Assembly: GCA_040386535.1 (NCBI GenBank) | Contig: JAZKFH010000013.1 | Span: forward strand, 128,001-192,000 | Reading direction: 5' to 3' | DNA: 64,000 nt | From: Myxococcota bacterium | GTDB taxonomy: Bacteria; Myxococcota_A; UBA796; SXON01 | Part shown: positions 52,500-61,601 of the stretch, piece by piece | How positions within the stretch are numbered: position 1 is the first letter of the stretch | Layout: the number at the start of each line of letters is the position of its first letter | Notes under the pieces: generated by a model | The model's input: the letters and a program-made list of their open reading frames with translations, nothing else | Database searches by the model: none | What the model was told of the DNA's origin: nothing | Position numbers and translations under genes: made by a program

Positions 52500-54032
52500 T
52501 CAGCTGTCGTACCAGTCGGGCGTGACGAGCTGCTGGTAGTGCTCGACGTTGAGCGGGTTGACGCGCTGCTTGAGCGCGCCGATCGCCATCTTGGCGCTCA
52601 CCAGGGTGAACCAGATGTACATGTCGCGCTTGTACGGCACCTTCGAGGTGAGCCCCTTCGCCATCCACCGCTTGTTCACGAACTCCTTGTTCATCTCGTA
52701 CAGGGACTGGGAGATCTCGTCCCGCGTCATGTACTTGGAGTCGAGCACGGGCGTGAGCCAGTCGAAGTCGTCGAACTGGGCCTCGGTGATCCAGCCCTTC
52801 GCGATGGCCTCGTCGTAGATGGGCGTTCCCGGCACGGGCGTGATGGGGTGGAACGCGGGGAAGTCGACGTCGATCTTCTTCGCGAGCGCCACCTGCTTGA
52901 GCATCGACTCCTTCGACTCGTCCTTCACGCCGACGATGAACGTCGCCTGGAGGAAGACCTCCGGGTACTTCGTCTTGAAGATGTTGAGCGCCTGCTCGGC
53001 CACGCCGCCCGCGTAGAAGCGCTTGTCCAGCAGCGCCAGCGTGTCGTCCTCCGCGCGCTCGACGCCGATGAGGATGTGCGAGAGGCCGGCGCGCACGAGC
53101 TTTTCGAGGATGCCCTTCTTCTCGTCGCGCACGATGCAGTCCGCGCGCATGAACGCGAACCACTTGGTCTTCATGCCGCTCTTGAGCATGCGGTCGGCGA
53201 ACTGGTCGTTGAAGCGGGGGTCGATGTTCCAGCTCTCGTCGACCCACACGTACGAGCGCTTGCCGTAGCGGTGGTAGAGCTCCTCGACCTCTTCGAACAC
53301 GCGGTCCACGCTCTTGGAGCGCCACCGGGGCGAGAGCTGGGCCTTGCCGTCGCTGTCGTACGTGCGGTCGGCCATCACGGTCCACCAGGCGCAGAAGCTG
53401 CACTTGCTGACGCAGCCGCGGCTGTGGTGGATGGTCGTGCCGCCCGGGGAGAAGAGGTAGCGGCTCTTCCCGTACAGGTGCATCGGCATCAGGTCGTACG
53501 CGGGCATCGGGATCGTGTCGAGGTTGTGGATGAGCTTGCGGGGCCGCGTCCGCACCATCTTCTCGCCGTCCCAGAACGCCAGCCCGTCGACCTTGGAGAG
53601 GTCCGGATCCTTCTCCGCCCACTCCTTGACCACCTCCACCACCGTCAGCTCGCCCTCGCCGATGCAGATGGCGTCGATGTCGGAGGTGGCGTGGCAGTAG
53701 CGGTGGGACAGGTTGGTGAAGTGGCCGCCGCCCGCCAGGGTCTTGCTGCGGGGGGAGACCTCCTTGCACAGCCGGAAGAAGCGCAACGCCTCGCTCGCGT
53801 AGAGGGCGTGGTTCTCACCGGACGCGATCACGTCGGGATCGATGCGCTTGATCTCGTCGGCGAGCGTGCGCCAGCCGATGTGGAGCGGCATGCAGTCGAT
53901 GACGTGCACGTCCATCCCCGCGTCCCGGAGGGGGGCCGCCAAGGCCGGGAGGGCCTGCTGGAGGAGGAAGTTGTCGCCCTCACTCGTGAAGGGCCAGTAC
54001 TTCCTGGGCGGCTGGACGATCAATACGCGCAT
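52500..54032 (-). CDS. cobalamin-binding radical SAM protein (BchE-like architecture)
   Basis: AGGGHFT, IGEGE, SRGCVSKCSFC, IGVE and TPVPGT. Confidence 0.9.
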   Translation of the reverse strand: MRVLIVQPPRKYWPFTSEGDNFLLQQALPALAAPLRDAGMDVHVIDCMPLHIGWRTLADEIKRIDPDVIASGENHALYASEALRFFRLCKEVSPRSKTLAGGGHFTNLSHRYCHATSDIDAICIGEGELTVVEVVKEWAEKDPDLSKVDGLAFWDGEKMVRTRPRKLIHNLDTIPMPAYDLMPMHLYGKSRYLFSPGGTTIHHSRGCVSKCSFCAWWTVMADRTYDSDGKAQLSPRWRSKSVDRVFEEVEELYHRYGKRSYVWVDESWNIDPRFNDQFADRMLKSGMKTKWFAFMRADCIVRDEKKGILEKLVRAGLSHILIGVERAEDDTLALLDKRFYAGGVAEQALNIFKTKYPEVFLQATFIVGVKDESKESMLKQVALAKKIDVDFPAFHPITPVPGTPIYDEAIAKGWITEAQFDDFDWLTPVLDSKYMTRDEISQSLYEMNKEFVNKRWMAKGLTSKVPYKRDMYIWFTLVSAKMAIGALKQRVNPLNVEHYQQLVTPDWYDS

Positions 54033-54128
54033 TGCGCACTGTAGCGTGCGCCCCTGCGAACCGCCTGTGAGCTGGCTCGCCGTCCGCTTGGTTGTCCCTA
54101 CGGTGGTGTGCGCCGCGGGGGGATGGCG

Positions 54129-55052
54129 TCACCGCGCCACCGCCATCCACGCCCGGTTCCACGGCGCCGTCATCGGGTGCGCGCGCAGGCGCTCCTCCCA
54201 GCGGAGCAGATCGGTCAACGACAGCGGGCCCGCCGCGTTTTCGAAGGCGCCGCAGGGGATGTAGTGCGTGGGGACCAGCTCCTCGAGCTGCCAGTCGGCG
54301 AGCGCCGCGACGAGGTCGGCGCGGTCGTAAGTGCGGACCCACTTGTCGCCCGGCACGTGGACCACACCGTCGCCCAACAGGGCCTCCAGGGTGCCCGGCG
54401 ACGCGTCGTAAGCAGAGGCCCAGCCCCAGCGCCCCTCGACCGAGCACAGGAGCGGCCCGCCGGGGGTGAGCACGCGGCGGATGTTCGCGAGGACGCGCGG
54501 GGCGTCCTCCACGTAGCAGAGGACCTCGGCGGCGATGACGACGTCGACGGGCGCGAGATCGGGGAGGGTCTCGCCGGTGGCCCAGTGGACGTCGAGCTTT
54601 CCGGGGCGTCCGGCCGCGTGGCGGACGGCGGCGCGCAGGCTGCGCAGGTCGGGATCCACGAGCTCGACGCTGCAGCCGCGGTCCAGGCACCATTGGGTGA
54701 ACCGGCCGATCCCGCCCCCGAGATCGAGCACCCGGCATCCGCGGGGCACGTGGCGCTCCCAGCGCTCGGTGTACAGCGCGCGCTCCGCGCGCTTCTGGGC
54801 GAACATGGGGCTCGACGGCTTGAGAAAATCCATGTGCTCCGGGCTCTGCTCCCACGCTTGCGCGGCGCCGACGAGGTTCGCCAGGGGCGGCGTGGGCTCG
54901 GCGCCGCCGTCGTGGAGGGCGCGCAGCCGTGGGTCGGAGGGCACCAGATCGAACGCGAGGCCGCTCCAGGCGTGGAGCGCGTCGCAAGCGTAGGGCGGCC
55001 CCGGAGGGAGCGGGGGGCGCCCTGAGAAGCTGGTGGCCGCGCGCAGCGACAT
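54129..55052 (-). CDS. class I SAM-dependent methyltransferase
   Basis: VLDLGGGIGRF motif I, DVVIAAEVLCY and RVLTPGG; AAGGGGG lies upstream of the ATG at 55052. Confidence 0.85.
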   Translation of the reverse strand: MSLRAATSFSGRPPLPPGPPYACDALHAWSGLAFDLVPSDPRLRALHDGGAEPTPPLANLVGAAQAWEQSPEHMDFLKPSSPMFAQKRAERALYTERWERHVPRGCRVLDLGGGIGRFTQWCLDRGCSVELVDPDLRSLRAAVRHAAGRPGKLDVHWATGETLPDLAPVDVVIAAEVLCYVEDAPRVLANIRRVLTPGGPLLCSVEGRWGWASAYDASPGTLEALLGDGVVHVPGDKWVRTYDRADLVAALADWQLEELVPTHYIPCGAFENAAGPLSLTDLLRWEERLRAHPMTAPWNRAWMAVAR

Positions 55053-55086
55053 GGACGATTCCCCCTTGGGCCAGAACGGCGGGCCC

Positions 55087-55136
55087 AAATGGCGCCCGAA
55101 AAATGGCGCCCGAAAAATGGCGCCCGAAAAATGGCG
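55087..55136. repeat. 14-bp tandem repeat (aaatggcgcccgaa), three full copies plus a partial copy
   Basis: Units at 55087, 55101 and 55115; partial unit at 55129. Confidence 0.9.
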
Positions 55137-55159
55137 AGAGCCGCACGAGGCGGCTCTCG
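55127..55159 (-). terminator. intrinsic terminator / attenuator-like hairpin
   Basis: 10-bp stem CGAGAGCCGC-CTCGT-GCGGCTCTCG followed by CCATTTTT on the minus strand. Confidence 0.6.
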
Positions 55160-55177
55160 GCGTGAATCCGACGAAGC

Positions 55178-55225
55178 TTAAGCCTTGGGGCCCGGCTTCG
55201 GACGGGGAGAGGGGCGCCAGTTCAT
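55178..55225 (-). CDS. putative 15-aa peptide MNWRPSPRPKPGPKA (leader or precursor)
   Basis: GGAGG-TCTCT-ATG and a TAA stop, with a promoter-like motif upstream and a hairpin downstream. Too short for the ORF track. Confidence 0.6.
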   Translation of the reverse strand: MNWRPSPRPKPGPKA

Positions 55226-55255
55226 AGAGACCTCCAGAAGGGGTAGAGCATGTCT

Positions 55256-55284
55256 ATCTTGGGCGGGGGGCCGCCACCTGTCAA
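55256..55284 (-). promoter_or_regulatory. sigma70-like promoter
   Basis: TTGACA (55284-55279), 17 nt spacer, CAAGAT (55261-55256). Confidence 0.5.
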
Positions 55285-55377
55285 GGGGAGAAACGGCGGT
55301 CCTGTTTGTCAGGTGCATGTCATTGATCGAGGGGGCGGTTCTGCTGTACCCTCGAGACGCCGACCACGGAGTCCTCC

Positions 55378-56652
55378 ATGCGCGTCTCTCCTCGTTTGTT
55401 GCTCGCTTCCCTGTTGCTCACGGGGTGTCATGACGGGCACGACGACAAGGACAGCGAGGAGACCGGCGGCTCGCTCGACTCCGGAGACGTCGACACGGGG
55501 CCGTCCGACCGCGCGGTCGGCGCCATCAACGGGACCGTGTCCGTGCAGCTGTACGTCGAGGGCGAGGAGGAGTCGATCGAGGAGGTGACCTGGGCGGACA
55601 CCTACGGGGATCAGTTCCCCTTCGGCGCCATCTTCGTCGCGGCCTACACCGTCGACGAGACGACGAACGCCACGACCTACTTCGACGAGTTCGTCATCAC
55701 GGCGCCGAGCACCACAGGGGACGCCTACTCCCTCGAGATCGACCCGGACGACACCGAGACGGTCTACATCTACGCCGCGCTCGACTGGTGGCCCGACGGG
55801 GTCATCGGCACCACGGAGCCCATCGGCCTCTACGGAGACCTGGTGGCCGTGGTCGACGGCGGCGCCACCAACGATGTCGACATCGTCATCAACGCGCCGC
55901 TCCTCCCGACGGGCGGCGGCGGCGGCGGCACGTACATCACGCTCGACGGGGACGTGACGATCGACCAGGCCTACGGCGGCGGCGACGGCAAGGTGATGCT
56001 GTACGACACCTCGGGCAACGGCCCCTCCTACGTCACCCCGTTCACGCCCACGGCCACCGCTGACGGGGCCACGGCGAGCTTCTCCCTGGCGGTCGCCGCG
56101 GACATCGGCGAGCAGCGCCTCCTCGGCGCCTGGGACAACGACCAGAACGGCCTCATCGAGCCGACGGACCTCTGGGGAGCGTACGTCGTCACGGGGGAGA
56201 ACGCGAACCCCATCACCGTCGGGAGCGAGAGCGCCGCGGGCTTCACCGTCCTCATCCCGTACGGCCTCCCGCCCGCGCTGAGCCCGTTCGTGCGGCTCGA
56301 GGGCGTGGCCGGCTACGAGGCCGGCTACGAGACCCTCCCCGCCGGCGCCGTCGTCTACGTCGCGGCCCTGCGCACCCGCCCGTCCGGCGACTTCGGCGTG
56401 GCCGATCTCGGGCGCGCCTACGACTGGCAGAGCTTCACCGGCGCGGACCTCACCGGCCAGACGCTCGACTACGTGCTCGTCACGCCGTCGAGCGCCGTCG
56501 CCTACGTGTGGGGCTACGTCGACCTCGACGGGGACGGCTCGCTCAACGAGGCCGGCGAGCCCGTCGCGAGCGTCGGGCGCAGCGGCCGCGTCGCGACCGG
56601 CACGACCAACACGAGCGACCTGAACATGTTGTTCACGGCGCCGACCGACTGA
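55378..56652 (+). CDS. acidic lipoprotein with repeated beta domains and Dx[DN]xDG-like loops
   Basis: LLLTGC lipobox; DWWPDG, DNDQNG and DLDGDG, each followed by EP. Confidence 0.75.
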   Translation: MRVSPRLLLASLLLTGCHDGHDDKDSEETGGSLDSGDVDTGPSDRAVGAINGTVSVQLYVEGEEESIEEVTWADTYGDQFPFGAIFVAAYTVDETTNATTYFDEFVITAPSTTGDAYSLEIDPDDTETVYIYAALDWWPDGVIGTTEPIGLYGDLVAVVDGGATNDVDIVINAPLLPTGGGGGGTYITLDGDVTIDQAYGGGDGKVMLYDTSGNGPSYVTPFTPTATADGATASFSLAVAADIGEQRLLGAWDNDQNGLIEPTDLWGAYVVTGENANPITVGSESAAGFTVLIPYGLPPALSPFVRLEGVAGYEAGYETLPAGAVVYVAALRTRPSGDFGVADLGRAYDWQSFTGADLTGQTLDYVLVTPSSAVAYVWGYVDLDGDGSLNEAGEPVASVGRSGRVATGTTNTSDLNMLFTAPTD

Positions 56653-56667
56653 CCGAAGGACGGCGGT

Positions 56668-57504
56668 TCAGCCGGCCGCCGCCTCGTTGATCCGCCGGAG
56701 CAGCGCGAGGTGGAGCGCGTGCCCGGCGCGGTACGCCGTGAAGCGGCCCCGCAGCGCCATCCCGAGCAGCGCAGCGTCGCCCACAGCGTCGAGCGCCTTG
56801 TGGCGGACGGCCTCGTCGGCGGCGCGGAGGCCCTCGGGGTTCATGATGCCGGCGTCGTCGTAGACCACGGTGTTCTCGAGCGACACGCCGCGCGCGATGC
56901 CGAGCGCGCGCAGGGGTTCGGCGTCGCGGAAGAAGCCGAAGGTGCGGGCCCACGCGAGCTCGGTGAAGAAGGGCTGCCCGGTGGCGGCCCCCGTGTACCG
57001 CTGTGTGCCGATGTTCGGGTGGTCGAAGGTGATGGTCAGGTCGAGCTCGAAGCGGCCGCCCGGCTCCGAGCGGTCCCCGGGCTCGAAGCGGGCCCAGGCG
57101 TCGTCCGCGCGGACCTCGACCGGCTCGCGCAACACGAGCACGCGGCGCGCGACCCCCTGCGGAACGAGCCCCGCCTGCCGGACCGCGGCGCACCAAAGCC
57201 GCGCGGAGCCGTCGAGCGCGGGGAGCTCGTCGCCTTCGACATGGATGATCACGTTGTCCACCCCGGCGGCGTAGAGCGCGGCGCAGAGGTGCTCGACCAG
57301 CGAGACGCGGGCCCCGGCCCGGCCGAGCGTGGTGGCGAGGCGCGTGTCGACCACGTGTTCGACTGTCGCCGGGATCGGCACACCCCCCACGACGAAGACG
57401 CGACCGGTGTTCGCCGGGGCGGGGCGCACGTCCACGGCGGCCGGGCGCCCTCCGCGGAGCCCGACACCCGCCACGCGGAAGGGGCGGCCGAGGGTGTGTT
57501 GCAT
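56668..57504 (-). CDS. lpxC: UDP-3-O-acyl-N-acetylglucosamine deacetylase
   Basis: MQHTL, VEHL, DGSA, ARTFGF, RHKALDAVGD and GHALH. Confidence 0.92.
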   Translation of the reverse strand: MQHTLGRPFRVAGVGLRGGRPAAVDVRPAPANTGRVFVVGGVPIPATVEHVVDTRLATTLGRAGARVSLVEHLCAALYAAGVDNVIIHVEGDELPALDGSARLWCAAVRQAGLVPQGVARRVLVLREPVEVRADDAWARFEPGDRSEPGGRFELDLTITFDHPNIGTQRYTGAATGQPFFTELAWARTFGFFRDAEPLRALGIARGVSLENTVVYDDAGIMNPEGLRAADEAVRHKALDAVGDAALLGMALRGRFTAYRAGHALHLALLRRINEAAAG

Positions 57505-57509
57505 CAACC

Positions 57510-57929
57510 CTACCGGGCCGACGGCTTCGGAAGCCCGGTGATCGTGTCGCCCACGGTGACGTCGTGCTTCGTGAACCACCCCTGGTTCATCTCGAGCGCG
57601 TAGGTCGCGGGCTTGACCGAGGGCACCGAGGTGGTGTCGAGGGGCGTCATGTCTGCAAGATGCACGATGATTCCCGCGCTGTCGACATACGCGATGGTGA
57701 GGGGCACGCGCGTGTCCTTCATCCAGAAGCTGCGGGGCTCGGCGCCGGGGTACACGAACAACATCCCGCGGTCGGCCGGCAACGAATCGCGGTACATCAA
57801 CCCGAGGTTCCGCTCGACCGGCTCGTCCGCGACCTCGGCGATCACCGGGTGCCCGTCGACCACCAGCGGGATCTCGCCGGCCTTGGCGCCGTCGCAAGCG
57901 AGGAGGAACAGCAAGCAACAGCGGATCAT
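57510..57929 (-). CDS. DUF192 family protein
   Basis: GLMYR, GMLFVY, FWMKDT and YALEMNQG. Confidence 0.88.
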   Translation of the reverse strand: MIRCCLLFLLACDGAKAGEIPLVVDGHPVIAEVADEPVERNLGLMYRDSLPADRGMLFVYPGAEPRSFWMKDTRVPLTIAYVDSAGIIVHLADMTPLDTTSVPSVKPATYALEMNQGWFTKHDVTVGDTITGLPKPSAR

Positions 57930-58933
57930 CGGAACAACCCCCCCTTGGGCGGCGGGGGCTCGACGCCCACCACCTTCCAGCCGCCCGACGTGAGCATGCG
58001 GCCCTGGGGCGTACGCTGGAGGAGCCCCTCGCGGATGAGGAAGGGCTCGTAGACCTCCTCGATCGTGTCGGTCTCCTCCCCGATGGCGGCCGAGAGGTTG
58101 GAGAGGCCGACGGGCCCGCCGTCGAACTTCAGCGCGATGACCTCGAGGATGCGACGGTCCATCGCGTCGAGCCCGCGGGCGTCGACCTCGAGCCGCTCCA
58201 GCGCGCGCCGGGTGAGCGTCACGTCGATGCGGCCGCCGGTCTCCACCTGGGCGAAGTCGCGGATGCGCCGGAGGAGGCGATTGGCGATGCGCGGCGTGCC
58301 CCGGCACCGGCCGGCGAGCTCGTCGGCGGCGGCGTCGTCGATGTCGAGCGCGAGCCGCTCGGCGCTGCGGAGGAGGATCTTCTTGAGCTCGGCGGCCGAG
58401 TAGAAGTCGAGCGCGCAGTGGATGCCGAAGCGGGCCCGAAGGGGTGCGGTGAGCATTCCCGAGCGGGTGGTGGCGCCGACCAGCGTGAACCGCTGCAACG
58501 GGAGGCGGACCGACTGCGCGCCGGGCCCCTGCCCGAGGATCAGATCGATCTGGAAGTCCTCCATGGCCGGGTAGAGGATCTCCTCGACCGCCCGGTTCAT
58601 GCGGTGGATCTCGTCGATGAACAGCACCTCGCGGGGTCCGAGCCCGTTGAGGATCGCGGCCAGATCGCCGCCGCGCTCGAGCGTGGGCCCCGACGCCATG
58701 CGCAGCTCGACGCCGAGCTCCTCGGCGAGGATGTGCGCGAGCGAGGTCTTCCCGAGGCCCGGCGGCCCGGAGAGCAGCACGTGATCGAGGGCCTCGCCGC
58801 GCTGGAGGGCCGCGCGGATGTAGACGCGCAGGTTGTCCTTGATGCGGTCCTGCCCGACGTAGTCGTCCAGGCGCACGGGGCGCAGCGCGGGATCGAGCGG
58901 CTCGGCCTCGGCGGGATCGACGAAGCGGGTCAT
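57926..58933 (-). CDS. ruvB: Holliday junction branch migration helicase RuvB
   Basis: [32 protein letters not shown] and RTPQGR. Confidence 0.96.
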   Translation of the reverse strand: MTRFVDPAEAEPLDPALRPVRLDDYVGQDRIKDNLRVYIRAALQRGEALDHVLLSGPPGLGKTSLAHILAEELGVELRMASGPTLERGGDLAAILNGLGPREVLFIDEIHRMNRAVEEILYPAMEDFQIDLILGQGPGAQSVRLPLQRFTLVGATTRSGMLTAPLRARFGIHCALDFYSAAELKKILLRSAERLALDIDDAAADELAGRCRGTPRIANRLLRRIRDFAQVETGGRIDVTLTRRALERLEVDARGLDAMDRRILEVIALKFDGGPVGLSNLSAAIGEETDTIEEVYEPFLIREGLLQRTPQGRMLTSGGWKVVGVEPPPPKGGLFR

Positions 58934-59529
58934 GCGCGGCCGCCGGCGGCGAACATCCGCAGGGACTCGGCGAGCCGGTCATTGAGCGGCGCGGCCGTGA
59001 GCCCGCGGTCGGAGAGCCGGGCGAGCGCCTGGTCGATCTCGGATTTTTTGTACCCGAGCTGCGCGAGTGCGAGGGGGAGAGGATCGTCGGGCGCGGCGCG
59101 TGGCGCCGAGGTGGGGATCGCGGCCGCGGCGCCCGAGAGCTTGCCCTTGAGCTCGAGCACCATGCGCTCGGCGGTCTTCTTCCCGACGCCGGGGATGCCG
59201 CACAAGGCCTTGAGATCGTTGCCGTTCACCGCGGTGGCCAGCGCGTCGACCGCGAGGGTGGAGAGCGCGTTGAGCGCGGTGCGCGCGCCCACGCCCTGCA
59301 CCGTGTTGAGCTGCAGGAACGCCACCTTCTCCGACGCGGAGGCGAACCCGTAGAGGGTCAGCGCGTCCTCACGCAGGGCGGTGTGGACGTGGAGGGTGAG
59401 CTGGGCGTCGAGCCGCGCCGTGTCGGCGGTGCGGGTGGTGACGAACACCTCGTAGCCGACGCCGTTGACGTCGAGCACGAGGTGGTCGGGCGCGATCTCG
59501 ACCACATCACCACGCAGGCGGGCGATCAT
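58930..59529 (-). CDS. ruvA: Holliday junction binding protein RuvA
   Basis: [23 protein letters not shown] and [15 protein letters not shown]. Confidence 0.95.
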   Translation of the reverse strand: MIARLRGDVVEIAPDHLVLDVNGVGYEVFVTTRTADTARLDAQLTLHVHTALREDALTLYGFASASEKVAFLQLNTVQGVGARTALNALSTLAVDALATAVNGNDLKALCGIPGVGKKTAERMVLELKGKLSGAAAAIPTSAPRAAPDDPLPLALAQLGYKKSEIDQALARLSDRGLTAAPLNDRLAESLRMFAAGGRA

Positions 59530-60203
59530 TCGTCGACCTCTTCGGAGGGGGGAGGGGAAGCCGCAACGGGGCGGCGGGGGGCGAGGGCCTTCGGGACGGC
59601 CTTGGGGAGCGCGGCCTTCGGGAGCGCCTTCGCGAGCGCGGCCTTTGGGAGTGTGCCCCGAGCGGGAGCGGCGCGCGCGGGGACCCGTGCGAGCGCCGCC
59701 GCGGTGACCGCCGCGAGGCGCTCGGCCGCCGCGTGGCGATGGGCGTGGGCGTGATGGGTCATGGCGATGGCGACCGCGTCGACCGCGTCGTGCGGGCCTT
59801 CGACCGGTCCTCCCAACAACACGCCGACCATGCGCCCGACCGCCTCCTTGTCGGCGCGGCCGCTGCCCGCGACCGAGCTCTTGATGGTCATCGCGTTGTA
59901 TTCGAACACGGGGCGGCCCGACGCGGCGGCGGCGACCAGCGCGACCCCGCGCGCCTGCCCCAACACAAGCGCGCTGGTGGCGCTCTTGTGGGCGAAGATG
60001 GCCTCGATTGCGATAACGTCCGGCGCGTGTAGGAGGATGACCGCCGCGAGCCCCTGGTGGATGGCCAGGAGGCGCTGGGGCATGGCCGTGTCCGACTTCG
60101 TGTGGATCGCGCCGGCGGCCAGGAGCCGGTACCGGCCCTGCTCCCGGGTCACGACACCCCACCCGGTCGAGCGGCTGCCCGGGTCGATGCCGAGAACCTT
60201 CAT
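59526..60203 (-). CDS. ruvC: Holliday junction resolvase RuvC with low-complexity tail
   Basis: LGIDPGSRSTGWG, AIEAIF, LGQARG and DAVDAVAIA. Confidence 0.92.
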   Translation of the reverse strand: MKVLGIDPGSRSTGWGVVTREQGRYRLLAAGAIHTKSDTAMPQRLLAIHQGLAAVILLHAPDVIAIEAIFAHKSATSALVLGQARGVALVAAAASGRPVFEYNAMTIKSSVAGSGRADKEAVGRMVGVLLGGPVEGPHDAVDAVAIAMTHHAHAHRHAAAERLAAVTAAALARVPARAAPARGTLPKAALAKALPKAALPKAVPKALAPRRPVAASPPPSEEVDE

Positions 60204-60275
60204 GCAAACTCCACAGCCCGCGGTTTATCCGACGGCGCCTCGAAGCACCATGGGACGAGGTGCTACGATGCCGGC

Positions 60276-61541
60276 ATGCTCGCTACCTGGTTGCTCACCA
60301 ACGTCGCATTCGCGGCCGTGCCGGAGATGGTCGTGGTGGGGGGGCACCTGCCCGGCGTCACCAAGAACGCGGCCGACGCCGCCGCGGTTCGGTTCGCCGA
60401 GGCGCTCGACGCCACGGGGAAGGTGGACGGCCTGACCCCCGACGAGGTGCGCGGGCGCCTCTCCGGTCGGCAGGGCCTCATCCTCGACGCGTTCGCGCTC
60501 GGCCCCGGCCGGGACGCGCTGCGCGAGGGGAAGATCCTCTACGACCGCGCCCAGCCCGACCAGGCGATCCCCGTGCTCGAGCAGGCCACGCGCCTGCTCG
60601 CCGCCGGGCTCGCGAGCAGCACCGACGTGAGCCACCTGCACGACGCGCTCACCCTGCTCGGCCTCGCCCAGGCCGGCCTGGGGGACGAGCCCGCCGCCCG
60701 CCTCTCGTTCCGGCGCTCCGTGACGCTCAACCCGTCGCGGCAGCTCGACGCCGTGAACTACCCGCCCCAGATCGTCGACCTCTACGCGCAGGTGCGCGCC
60801 GCGGCGGTCGCCGAGGCCCCGGCCTCGCTCACGGTGTCCGCCCCCCCGGACGCCAGGATGTGGGTGGACGGCCGCCAGACCCCCGCGGGTGACATGACCG
60901 TCGTGCCCGGCGAGCACTACGTGCTCATCCGCGGTGCCGACGGGAGCACCGCCTTCGAGACCTTCACGGTCGGGGCCGGCGAGAAGAAGGCGCTCGCGCC
61001 CGCCCTCTCTCCGCGGGCCGTCGGCGTCGCCGCCAACGACCCGGCGGGCCGCTCCCGCCAGACCCGCGACCTGTACCGGAGCATCGGCCAGTACGCCGAT
61101 CGCGCGCCGTTGCTGGTCGTCGGCGTGACCCCCGGCAACCAGGTGGCGCTCCAGATCTACTCGCCGGTGTCCGGCAACTTCTCGCGCGCGCTCACGGCCG
61201 AGGCCGGCAACGACCCGGTGTCGGCGCTCCTCGATCTCGTTCCCGCGGCGGTCGGCTTCCTCTCCGACAGCGGCGACATCAAGAGCGACCGCGTGAGCCC
61301 GCAGGTCATCGCGCTCGACGTGTCGTCCAACGCCGTCCTGGACCAGCTGCTGTTCGACGAAGCGCGCGCTGCGGCGCCGACCGCCGCGGCAGGCCCCGAG
61401 CGCAAGGGGGCCCCGTGGTACCTCTGGGCCGGGCTGGGTGCCCTGGCGGCGGGCGGCGGCGCCACCGCGGCGATCCTCGTGGCGAACGGCGGCGACGAGA
61501 CGACGGGGAACGGCACGATCACGTTCGGGCCGATCCCGTAG
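60276..61541 (+). CDS. exported TPR/PEGA-like protein with C-terminal membrane anchor
   Basis: Signal peptide, TPR-like helices, PEGA-like ARMWVDG..VPGEH and a PWYLWAGLG transmembrane helix. Confidence 0.75.
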   Translation: MLATWLLTNVAFAAVPEMVVVGGHLPGVTKNAADAAAVRFAEALDATGKVDGLTPDEVRGRLSGRQGLILDAFALGPGRDALREGKILYDRAQPDQAIPVLEQATRLLAAGLASSTDVSHLHDALTLLGLAQAGLGDEPAARLSFRRSVTLNPSRQLDAVNYPPQIVDLYAQVRAAAVAEAPASLTVSAPPDARMWVDGRQTPAGDMTVVPGEHYVLIRGADGSTAFETFTVGAGEKKALAPALSPRAVGVAANDPAGRSRQTRDLYRSIGQYADRAPLLVVGVTPGNQVALQIYSPVSGNFSRALTAEAGNDPVSALLDLVPAAVGFLSDSGDIKSDRVSPQVIALDVSSNAVLDQLLFDEARAAAPTAAAGPERKGAPWYLWAGLGALAAGGGATAAILVANGGDETTGNGTITFGPIP

Positions 61542-61601
61542 AGCGGCGCGGTCCCGGTCGCTGCGGAGTCCGCTCCCGCCCGGGGGAGCGGCGCGCGCGG
61601 C

